Shown piece by piece: positions 53,131 to 64,000 of a stretch of 64,000 nucleotides of DNA. Numbering within the stretch: position 1 is the first letter of the stretch; each line of letters begins with the position of its first letter. The position numbers and the translations under genes are program-made. The stretch is from Felis catus (lineage: Eukaryota): the NCBI RefSeq assembly GCF_018350175.1, contig NC_058368.1, positions 68,822,001-68,886,000 on the forward strand. The letters run 5' to 3'. Below the pieces are notes generated by a model. That model worked only from the letters and a program-made list of their open reading frames with translations. It was not told where the DNA came from and made no database searches.

Positions 53131-54552
53131 AAAGAGAAGGAGAAAGAATCCTGTCGTCAACAGAATTTTGAGATGTGCGTGTGTGTGTGTATGTGTGTGT
53201 GCTAAATCAGACATATTAGCACGTGTTTGCTGAAGAATCCATTAAAAGCCCAGTTAAATAGCTTCTTTTCCTGACTAGTTAATGTTAGCCTGACCAAAAT
53301 GTACATCAGGCAGAAAGTACCCGTCAGGTGTGAACAGTTTGGCAGAGAGAATAAAGGCCTTCACATCTCAGATTCTTCGCCTAGTATCTCAGAAGACAGT
53401 TCTAAAACCCTAAGTGTGTACATCCATTCGTTAAAAAGAATTTTCCTTTATTCATTACAAACGAATGTTCTGTCACCTACATGACCCCAACCTTCAGGTA
53501 TCTTATATTATATTACCTTGATTTTTAGTCTAAGGAACTCAACCGGAAGTAGGTCATTCATTTTTTTCGGTACTCTACAACACACATTTCTCTTCATGGT
53601 CAGAGTTTTCTGATTCAAGCACATTAATAAGACCACCCCCAGAGAAGGCAGCTATTCCCCTGGAAGGAATGAAATCTTCCCTCCCTCTCTCCACCTGGAG
53701 GCCAACCTGATTTCCTAGTTTTGCCAAAGGTCTCCCTCAGAGATCACCGACTAGTAGCCATGACAAAATCGCTAGCCCTGGTCCTAACTCAGCCCCAGTT
53801 CTGCACTATTTTGCCTCTACGATATTCAAGCTTTGTTGCCAGCACCACTTCTTTATAACGATGAATCTCGTAGCAGAAAACAGATCACATACACATCGAG
53901 GTCATTCTGTCACCAGAATGTCAGTCTTCCTAAACTGTAGGGCTTAGGAGCAATAATCCCAAATTCACATGACCTGTGAGCATTTGATTTGGAGGATATG
54001 GAATCTTAATTACTGCTTTTATTTTCACATTGTTTTTGACACGAAACAAGCACAGTTTTAATGCAGTAAGGTCAGCGTAATCTAGTAAATACAAAACCTG
54101 ACCTGGATTTAGGAATAGAATTCTATTTTGAGCCTTACCCTTGACTCACACTATGCATGACCTTGGAGTAGTTACTATGCCTCAGATTTTTCATCTGTAA
54201 AATACCTACTTCCTACCTTAGAGGATGACCTTGATATTGTCTGTAAAATACCTTGAGGTCTTAGAGGAAGGACACTGTAGCATTGTCACATGTCATTCTT
54301 ATAAGAATCATTTCGATGGATGTGAATAAGAAGTGTGAAAAGTAAAGAGTGAGCTTTGAGTAATATTGGCTTCCACTAAGTCAGATATATTTGTGTCTGT
54401 ACTAAAAATGTGAGTAACTCTAAGAGACTGTGTTAACTAACCCTACTGATTTCTGGTTGTGCTTCAATCTCACTTTGAATGTTAACTCTAAACCGCTAAC
54501 CTGTTTCTTTCCCTTTATTCACTTTTTCCACCTGCCATTGCATGACATGCAG

Positions 54553-54588
54553 GGTCAGTTTTGTGCATGACACCCGCTACCAGTATTG
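54553..54588 (+). CDS. MBNL2: MBNL2 36-nt alternative cassette exon
   Basis: acatgcag|GGTCAGTTTTGTGCATGACACCCGCTACCAGTATTG|gtaggt; (G)SVLCMTPATSI; phase 1/1. Confidence 0.94.
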
Positions 54589-55880
54589 GTAGGTTTCAAC
54601 CTTTTTTTATGTGTCTTTTATATTGTGTACAGTACCTTCACTTGCTTGAAATTTATTTCCAAGATGGTAGAAATGCTTGAGGAAATGGTAGATCTGAAGG
54701 CTTATTTGGCTTTAGAGTTAATGTATAGGTTTTTTTTTTTTAAATGTACTTGTAACTTGAAGAAAATGACCATTTCAATGTGACCAGAACAGCAGAGCAA
54801 CCACTACAAAACATAAAACCACAAGTATTGCTTTTTTAATGATCTGTATTCTGTTTCTCTTTATAGTTTATATGGTTTAGCATAAGAAAAAGAAAAGCTT
54901 ACTTTATCAGAAAGGCAGGCTAATTTCATCAGTGTTTTAAAGTTTCATAGTGGTGTGCCTTTATCTCCTCTTTGCTGTGTGTTAGAGTTATCAGAGTTTC
55001 CCAGAAGTATTTATTTTTAACAATTATGAATGGATGTATTTTGAAAACCAATGTCTGAACTGCTTTGCTTTATTATCGCTTTTTTAATTTTAAGTGTTGA
55101 CTTATTTGTGATGATGATTTGTACCTTAGCACTCCCTTAGATGTTAAATTTTAATAATCCATCGTTATCCCTACACATCCAGTGCCTTGGTACAAAAGTC
55201 CGTCTTTAGGACACGCGGATTCGTCCCATTTAGAATAAAGAGAAATAAACATTGGCCAAATTTCCCGGGCTGTTTCACAGCAACTGTGTTAGAATTAACA
55301 CCAAGGCCTCGAGTTTTTGCTCTACCATTTATTAACCCCCCAAAACCCCACAACCTCCAGCAATTTCAGTGCAAAAAAGCAGCCCCAAATTGACAAAAAA
55401 TTTCCGTCCCACCACAATGAACTCCAAAGGATGTCCTACCCCAAACTGGGCCTACACGTTGAGCCTTGGATGTTTTAGAATGACAAAAATGAATATCGTA
55501 TACCCTTACTTCATTGGACATTACATGTCGCTTTTTTAGAGGAGACCATTAGTACGTAACAACCACAGACGCTGGATTGGGAATGATCTATTGTTAGAAG
55601 TAAAATGTTTATGAATACATCAACCAAAGTGATCCGCTTTGGCCTTTCTGGGAATCACTGATTATGTTTTAAAACTTCCTTTAATTGTACTTGTAATAAG
55701 CTATTTTCCCTTTTTTATTTCTCTCCCATGCTTCCTTGCTTTGCATTGTGATTGCATGCCATCTGCTGGTTTAACCCATGATGGCTTGCTGCTCTGATAT
55801 TCACCATGCCAAAATACCACTTCTATTACCATAATGCTACACCCTCCTGTTCATTGCTCCCATGGTACCCCTCCTGAAAG

Positions 55881-55975
55881 TACCCATGATGCACAGCGCT
55901 ACGTCAGCCACTGTCTCTGCAGCAACAACTCCTGCAACAAGTGTCCCCTTCGCAGCAACAGCCACAGCCAATCAG
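55881..55975 (+). CDS. MBNL2: MBNL2 95-nt alternative, frame-shifting exon
   Basis: cctgaaag|TACCCATG...AATCAG|gtttgc; (V)[31 protein letters not shown]; phase 1/0. Confidence 0.95.
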
Positions 55976-57623
55976 GTTTGCTCCTTTTAAAGCTTTCTTT
56001 CACAAATCCCAAACTCTAAATGAGTGCTGATATTTAAAAAAAAAATTCTCGGTGAGAATTTTTTTTTCATGTTTATCCATCAAATTTTATTTTTTTAATT
56101 AGTTTCTAGCCAGCATTTATGGACAGGTTGCACTTATTTAGAGTTAACATTTACTGCAAATAATGATGTAGCTATGTTTTGTGTTGCACTGTTTGTTTTC
56201 GTACCTAATATTGTGTAATTAACCTGACAGGCTTAAATTCCTTTTAGTACAGCATTACGTATCCAGTGGTTTGTGAATTGCCACAGAGAAACTGTAAAAG
56301 CTGAGCCGGAAAACTGGCTGTATTTCGATTCGGTTCATTCAGACCCTATCACCCGCTGGGGAGGAAAAAATTTCTCCTCTGAGAAAAGGCTCCCCTTTTT
56401 CCTTCATGTCAAATTTGAGGTCTGAATGATTCTTGTCCACATCTCGCCTTGGTCATATGTGCTCCCAAACTCACTGGTCCCCACTTCACAATTTGTGTAG
56501 AGATATTGGCCTAAGAACCAGAGTGTACTGGAAGAGAAATACTAGGCACTGAGTTCACAAAGGCTGGATATAACTAATTAGGGGTGTTTAACTCTGTTGG
56601 TTTAACGCATGTGCCGGAAAGACCGTGGATGTCCTATTTCTCAGTGAGAACCAGTTGGCTGTTTCCCACTCTGTAATCACAGGCTGACCGTCACCCTAAC
56701 CCCAGCCAACCAACTTGCAAACATGTGCTCCCGCACAGGAGAGGCACATGAGGACTGGTGAGCGTAAACTCTTAACCTCGCCTAGAAAAACACGTTACTG
56801 CGCATGCCCTCCCTTCATAGAAGAGCAATGGTTTTGGTTCTGCTTTTTAGCTTAATTTTTTTTTTAAGTAAAATCGACTGTACTGATAAGAGATAAAAAT
56901 AGATATAGGAGTAGGCTGGAGGGAAGGTCTGAGCTAATGGGAGAAACTGGGAGAAATCACGTCAGGTCATAAATGCAGATTCCAGACTGCATTTTGCAGG
57001 TGAGAAGGGCCGATTCACACTTTCTTTCTATGTTCAAGTGCGTAAGTGATCCCAGTGCTATGCATCCCATCATGGAAGCGACAAGTGTGAGTGTACTTGA
57101 ATGAAGGAATAAAAGTAAAATCCCGTGATAGGTCCGACTGTGTCCTCTGAAATGTGATGAAGCGGGACAGGGATGGGGGGGGGGTCCACACGTGCTCTCA
57201 GAGGCAGATATAAACTAGTGATAACGCTTCAGCTCTCCCTCACCACCTCAAAAGTGCCACATTACCTCTAAGGAAAGCCAACTCAGCTTCCAGACAGATA
57301 TGATAAAGAATAGCAAGTAAGTTTCTTAGCTGGGAAGAAGATTCAGAAGAAAGGATGGGCTGGAAGAGGGAGAGACAATTTTCATCCCTGCTATAACTAG
57401 GTTCACAGCTATAACTAGGTTCCCTTTCATTTGCTCGTTCGTAATAAGGAAGCTGGATGTTTGGATATTTAGGTCTGAGTCCTGCCTTCTTGAACCATGT
57501 TTTTGTGGTTGTTGACAGAATTTTTGTGAGAAAGTCCTCTCCTAAAAAAACAAGTTTGAAGTATCATATACTGGCATTCATTATGATGGAATTTTACTAT
57601 ACTTTATGGCAAGTTAAGCACTT

Positions 57624-57839
57624 GGGTTTTTATTTTTTTTAACATTTTACTTATTTTTGAGAGACGTAGAGCAAGTTGGGGAGGGGCAGAGACAGAGGGA
57701 GACACAGAATCTGAAGCAGGATCCAGGCTCCGTCGGAGCTGTCGGCATAGAGCCAGACGCAGGGCTTGAACCCACCAACAGTGAGATCATGACCTGAAGT
57801 CGGACGCTTAACCAACCGACTGAGCCACTCGGGCACCCC
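57624..57839 (-). mobile_element. Can-SINE (SINEC_Fc-like)
   Basis: Full body; degenerate TSD aagttaagcactt (57611-57623) / aagctaagtgctt (57840-57852). Confidence 0.93.
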
Positions 57840-59279
57840 AAGCTAAGTGCTTCTAATGCTGAGAGATCTTTCCTAAGAATGGAAAGGAAGTCAAGATAAA
57901 GAAACACTGTGGAGTTTGGGCATAAATTCCATTCATATGGTAAATACTTAATCACATATCATAAATATTTTTTCCAGCCTGGTGATTTTTTTTTTTTTTG
58001 GCTCCCTTTCCTGGGAAAAACTTTGAGAGATTGCACACACGTGTGTGGGTTTCTGTACGTGGGAGGGTGGCAGGGGTAGGAAGCATGGGATATGCAAAGG
58101 CTAAGATATATCATTTTACAGCAGACTGTGATTGGCAAGGGAACTGACAAGTTTAACTCCAGCTACATTTAAAGAGATATTATTAAAGGAGTACCTGACA
58201 GTAGCTTCGAGAATCCTAAATCTGTGTCTTGCAGTTTATCAGATATACTAGCTGCTGGGCTCCACTTCAGTGATGAAGAAGAGAAATCCTTTAGCAGCTC
58301 TTCAGGAAGGTCAGCTTGCTCAAGAAAACTACAGAAAAAGAAATAGTCGTAAATATAAATTTTTCAGATAGAATATTTTTTACGTATTTTCAACAAGTTT
58401 CAAAGAGCGAAGCAGCCAAACAAGAACTTGGAATGTCTTCCAGTGCCCCACTATTCAGAATTTAGAGGATGCTGTTGGCCGTTAAATGACAAGTCATTGT
58501 CTTGTTAATCTCACCCTTTAAACTCAAATAGAATCATATCCATGTGAATGATGTGTCCTTTAAACAAAGTAAGTCTCAGTTTCCTCATTTGGGAGAGGGA
58601 GCCCAGCATTAGATCACCCCAAAGTCCCTTCCAGCCCTAAGATCCAGAAAACCTGTGGTCGCTTCGCTGCTATGCTGGACCCAAAGTATCGGATGTATGA
58701 AGCTAGACACTAGCGGAATGGCAAGTAGTGTTAACGATTTCAGAGTTCAGGGCACAATAAGCATCTTGCCTTCTTTTTCCTTCATGGAGTGATCTGTCTT
58801 TAACAAAAAATGCGCTAGGGTTTTGACAGTCTTTCAGTGCATTTGATCAATTTATACCGGCAGTTCAAACAGTTCAAACCTCACAGGCATTTGTAATTAG
58901 AGACAAGTCATTCATAGAAGAAAGATAGACCAAAACATCCCACGACAGACCCTCTGGTCCAGGCTTCCTTTACACGTGAGCCCGTGGTGAGCCAAGACGA
59001 ACAGGTACAAACCTCGAAATTAGGTTCTCAGGGCTGAATCAAGGGGCCAGCAATGAAAGTTTTCAATGAACTTAGACTTGTAGTTTGAAATGCAGTGAAG
59101 ACAAAATCCAAATATTTGGGGGGAAATATAAAATAATCCTTTTAGTTGTTTGACTCTGGGCATAGCTTTATAAACAAAGATGCAATGAACAAATTTATTA
59201 GCAGCTATTTCCTCTTTCAGCTAAGGTCTTTGGGCCTTACTATAGAAATTACATTACATAATCATTACCTAATAAGATT

Positions 59280-59595
59280 ATTATTTACCAACTACTTATT
59301 TTGCACAAGATACTATTCTAAATGGTTTCTCTCTCATATATGTTACATTATATATCATGCCATATATTTTACATTATATGAGAGAGGGAACGTATGTATA
59401 GATATACTCATGTAAGCCTTAATCACAGTCTTATGAGCACAGCTTTGGGCATCTCTGTTTCACAGATGGTAAGACTGAAACAGAGGTTAACTAACTACCT
59501 TAGCCAAAGTTCAACAGCGAATGAAGGGTCTTGCTGGAACTGAATCCCGGGCAATCTGACTCTAGAAGCCTTGCTCTTAACCACCGTGCTACACC
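59280..59595 (-). mobile_element. MIR SINE
   Basis: ctgtttcacagatggtaagactgaaacagaggttaa...tctgactctagaagccttgctcttaaccac. Confidence 0.7.
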
Positions 59596-60639
59596 ACCTT
59601 TCTCATAAATACACAAAAGTCAGTTCCCTCCCCAAATAAAACTATCTTTCAAGTGAGACCCAATAGCAACACACTCTGTTGCTATAGGAGGAAATGAAGA
59701 AGCCTTGCTTGTGCAGCTCAAATTATGGTGAATCCTAAGGGGGGTGGGAGTGGGGGGTGGGAGATGGCCTGAACTTGAGCTTTGAGCTAGTTATGTAATT
59801 GCCAGGTCGTGTTTGGAAACCATATAGCTGATATCCACTATTGCAATATATAACCACATATGAATATTCTGCATAATATTATAACAGTGAGTCGAGTGAA
59901 AATTACAAACAGAATTTATACACGTAAGATAAGAAGTAAGAAGATAAAAAGTCAAAAAGAATTCGTCCTTAGTCCTAGTGAAGCAGGCTTCTTTTGGGTG
60001 AAACCCTTGCCCAGACTTGACTCTTACTTCTGCCCATCAACTAACAAATGGCCTGGTAACAAGGAAGGTCAGACATGAAAATGAAAATACCATATAAAGC
60101 GGTCTGTTTCAGCCCAACAGATAGAATGTATCAATCTATAGATGCCTATATTGGGAAATATTTGATCTCAGAGTACACATTAAAAGACGTAGAGGTATAC
60201 AGCTTAGTATATGGATTGCCTAGTTTTTTTCATATTGCAAGAAATTTCATTTAACAAGAGTACAGATTGAAATTCTTATAACTTGAATTATTATAGGACT
60301 CTATGCTGTCATTGCTTTGCCATGTTTTATTTCAAACCTACATTCTGTTTCAAGAGGGGAGAAAACAGTTTCCGAACAAATAAACTTCAAGTTTTAGTTC
60401 TTCATTTATATACAGAGTTCATTCAGTTTACCTAATAACATCCTTGAAGACCCAGTTAAAATACAGTTTATACTGACAGTCTTTCCCTTCATCCTGGCAG
60501 CTAGAAGTGCTTTTTCTAGCCTCTGAGTTCTGAAAGGACTCTACCTGCACGCTCCTCGGAGCATCGCTGGAGAGAAGGAAGGCAAGCGCACACGCGCACA
60601 GGCAGGCAGGGGCGTGTAAAAGGTGAGGCCAAGGGCTAA

Positions 60640-60717
60640 CAATCTGATTGGCCAGAGCCTCAGTTTCCGGGGAGGAGGCAATCTGATTGGTCAGAGCCTT
60701 AGTTTCCGGTGGGAGGG
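60640..60717. repeat. 39-bp tandem duplication carrying CCAAT and ETS-like motifs
   Basis: CAATCTGATTGG(C/T)CAGAGCCT(C/T)AGTTTCCGG at 60640 and 60679; 29 of the first 31 nt identical. Confidence 0.9.
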
Positions 60718-61420
60718 GTGGTGGTGACTGCAGCTGGGTTTGATTCTGACCGTACAGGACGAAGGCAAAGGGTTTTGCCTGATTTGGCCAATAGAGGTCT
60801 TTAAACAGGATAGTTGACAGAACAGAAGTCTGGGGAGAGTGAACAGATAGATTTGAGGCTGGAGAGTCTATGGAGACCATTGAAAGGTTTTAACTGAGAC
60901 GGTGGCCACTGGCAAGTGGCATACTTTGTCTTGCCTTTGCCACATACATGGGGAGAGTTACTTTTAACCAAGAGAAACATAAAAACTCATCCCATGGCAA
61001 ACGCATCCAAATATTAACATCCTATGGCACAAAAAGAAATTCGGGCTGAGGTGAAAGATTAGCCACAGGAAGTCGCTCCCGTAGGACCTGAATTCAGTCG
61101 CTTCAGGGACAGCAGTTGAGTGGACTCCCTGGTCCCATGTCTCCAGCGTGCTTACTCCTAACATGTGCCTTTCCACTTCTTCCTAAATGAGACTTCAGAG
61201 CCACAGAAGCTCAAAGACCTCCCAAGCCTTTGCTCGAAAGAAAGAGCCCCTCCAGATTTGGAGTGAATACACACCGCCCATATTTCCACAGTGAGAGCTA
61301 CATGGGCAGTGAGGGCGATTATCCGTCTAATTCATTCTGGGAAATGAGCCTGTGCTAGGAAGAAAAAGTTCTTGAACTTGGATATTAGGAAGCTTTTTAT
61401 AGAGCACCCCACCAGTTAAC

Positions 61421-61611
61421 TTTTTTTTTTTTAAGTTTATTTACTTATTTTCAGAGAGGGGGAAAGGGCAGAGAGATGGAGAGAGAGAATCCCAAGCAGG
61501 GTCTGCACTTTCAGCACAGAGCCCGATGCAGGGCTCAAACCCACTGAACTGTGAGGTCATGACCTGAGCCAAAATCAAGAGTGAGATCATGACTGAGCCA
61601 CCCAGGTGCCC
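61421..61611 (-). mobile_element. Can-SINE
   Basis: Poly-T tail, gaatcccaagcagg, ends gagccacccaggtgccc; weak flanking direct repeat cccca(a)ccagt. Confidence 0.92.
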
Positions 61612-64000
61612 ACCCCCCAACCAGTACCTTTAAAGCTAGGGAAAACAAATTATATTTCTGGCAATATGTTAAAAATCTCTCAATCATATCTACAAAAAGT
61701 GATGATTCAGGTTTAAAATTATGACCTCAAAGTCTTGTCACATCTTCTAAACACTCCTCCAAAGATTAAATCCATTTAACAAAAAGTTGACCTTAGGAAG
61801 AGTTTATTGAAAATTAGTAATATACACATATAATTCTCTATGAGAACATATCTAAGTCAGAAAAATCCCATTTTCTATACATGCCAGTTATAAATTTACT
61901 GTATCTGATAATCAACTTCAATAATATCGTACCAAAAAAAAATTACATGCAACCAGATTCATAATAGTATGCTTTATCTGGCCTGCCACAAATTACTTGA
62001 GAGGGAAGAATAAAGATTAAAAGCATCAGATTTTACTTCTCACAAATAAATGTGAACACAACCTCAAAGCTATTTGTATAAAGATTTTTGGATATGTAAG
62101 TTAGCCTGTACTAATGAAGAAATCTAGAAAGGTAAGGTCATGTTTTACTTAAACTCTCATCTCAAAGAGTTTTATAAAACATCTATTATGCAAAGCCATC
62201 TGCCAGGACTATATTCAGATAAACGTAGGAGGCATTAAACACTCCCCACTATTCACCATTTGACCCATTTGGAGCCTGTTTTTTTTTCCCCCCCACAAGA
62301 AAAATCTTGGTTCTGTAAAGCATTGGTGTGGGGGAAGTGGGTTCCTGGGAGACCCTCTGCCAAAACACACGGTGGTAACTGGCCTCCAAGTATGGATGCT
62401 CGAATTCCTTTCTCACCATTTGCTCATTCCTGGGAACAGACTGTAGAAAGCAGCTGGGACCCAACTATGTTGTGCTCTAGAGAGGCCCAGAGGGCAAGTG
62501 TCAAAATCAAGCCCTTGTGAATAGTACTCAGGTGGAGAACATCCATCTCAGCATTTGACTTCCCACCGCTAAAGCTCCTTAGCCACCTTGCACGTTTTGC
62601 TCATGTCCTAACAATAGAAGGGGGTTCCGTTTCAGTAATGGATCAGGTTGCTTCAAATGAGGCAGAACTGCCATATTAAATATTTTGTGGAAAGAGGCAG
62701 CAGTGAGTAAGCATGGGGGGTGGGGGGGGGGGAGATTGGAGCCTGCTATAGCTCTAAGTAAAAAAAAAAAAAAAGCTAAATGTTTGAAACTGCAGGACTT
62801 GCATTCAGTTAACGCTATTGGCTAAAGCTGCTTGGCAATTTAAGTGCAAATTCCATGGCGCAGTGCAGCTCAGGCATCAGGATACAGAGGGAACGATCCG
62901 GGTCAGAACACTTTTGGAAGAGGGGTGGGTCTTGGATCTAGGAGAACCGTACAGAAGCAGATTGTTTTTGCTCTTCAAGAAATCAGAAAATAAGAAGACA
63001 ATAGATCTTTTAGCTTTCTGCCTCAGAGGCAGCTGCTTTGCAGGCCAAACGACCCTGAGGTTCAGTTCATAAATGTGTCTGCAGATTCTCAAAGGAAAGG
63101 CTAAGTTATGTAAGTGTCGTAATCTAGTGCGTTTTCATTTTTCATGAATAATTTACACCTCATGGTGAGAAACTTGGGTAGAATTCTTTTCTATGGAGCA
63201 CCTAAAGACATATCAGCTCCAATTTTGTGCAGCTGAAGAGAAAATGTCAAGGGTCCTTATGTGGGACTTTACTGCCTGGTGGATTGTCCTACTTATTATG
63301 ACTCAAATCCCATCCTCTTTTGCATTTTGATGGAATTTGGGGGGAATCTTTTTAGATTGAGAAGTTCTTTTCCCAGTAGTATTTTGGCTTCTGTTGATGG
63401 TAATAAAATCATGCTCAACTTTCCTAATTTGAGGTTTCCGCTTTTGAGCAGAGTGAATATGCTGTTCATCCTGTATGTGTGTTTATTTCAGCTGTAGACC
63501 TGCACGGAAAGAGACTAGCTACCACGCAGGAACTCAAATCCATTTTCAAGGGCTGAAAGATGAATGGGGTCTCATTCTTAATAAAAGTTGTTAGGAACAG
63601 AGTACAATTTTGATTTATAGGCATTTAGCTCCCCAAGTTCTACCGCTGCCGCCCGCCTTCCTGCACTTCTTACCAGCATGTTTGGGGTGTTGGCAGCCTT
63701 TCTGTGTGGGCAGATGGAGAGGAGACATCCCCACCGCTTCCTGATGAGGGGGGAGGGACAGCCAGCTGACCCGACTGTTCCTTCACTTACTGGATCTGAC
63801 GCCACCACGTGTCACAGACAGTTGCCAGTTGGTCTGGCCTCTCAGCCCCTGCTAGCATTCCCTCTGGGCCACATCGCTGGGGGTGACGACTCCAAGGTCA
63901 GACCTGGCTGAGTCTGCTGATCATTCTGGAGGCTGCCACTGTGGACAGGGGCTAGATACCAGGAGTTTACTGCCCAGTCAGAGAAACACGGAGCAATGGG

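Noticed and set aside
55187..55393. Possible extra exon between the 36- and 95-nt exons
   Set aside because: No MBNL-like peptide and no convincing acceptor/donor pair by eye
60428..60880. 150-aa minus-strand ORF with an internal peptide repeat
   Set aside because: The repeat simply reflects the 39-bp DNA duplication; no known domain or other coding evidence
1..64000. Prokaryotic-type systems (CRISPR arrays, operons, defence islands) or a second nested protein-coding gene
   Set aside because: The sequence is mammalian intron/exon DNA; there are no repeat-spacer arrays, and the non-MBNL2 ORFs are short, low-complexity or repeat-derived

Overview
Mammalian genomic DNA, not microbial. The tRNA-derived Can-SINEs with feliform SINEC_Fc-type bodies point to a cat-like carnivore. 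The whole window lies inside the muscleblind-like 2 (MBNL2) gene on the + strand and contains seven internal coding exons of 165, 201, 264, 54, 154, 36 and 95 nt, all with AG/GT boundaries that join in frame. I could not find the first coding exon or the terminal exon here. The rest is intron with Can-SINEs, L1, L2, MIR, MaLR solo LTRs, MER DNA transposons and microsatellites. Most notable observations: (1) a tailless 5' half of tRNA-Gly(TCC), ending in the anticodon loop, inserted with its own 16-bp TSD inside an L1; (2) all three cassette exons have long AG-exclusion zones with MBNL (YGCY) and RBFOX motifs; (3) a duplicated NF-Y/ETS promoter-like module near 60.6 kb; (4) an intragenic CpG island; (5) inverted SINE pairs bracketing frame-symmetric exons; (6) a SINE whose CT tract is replaced by a palindromic tail. 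I found no support for an entirely new gene system. Repeat family names come from recalled consensus sequences and need RepeatMasker/Dfam confirmation, and old-repeat boundaries are approximate.
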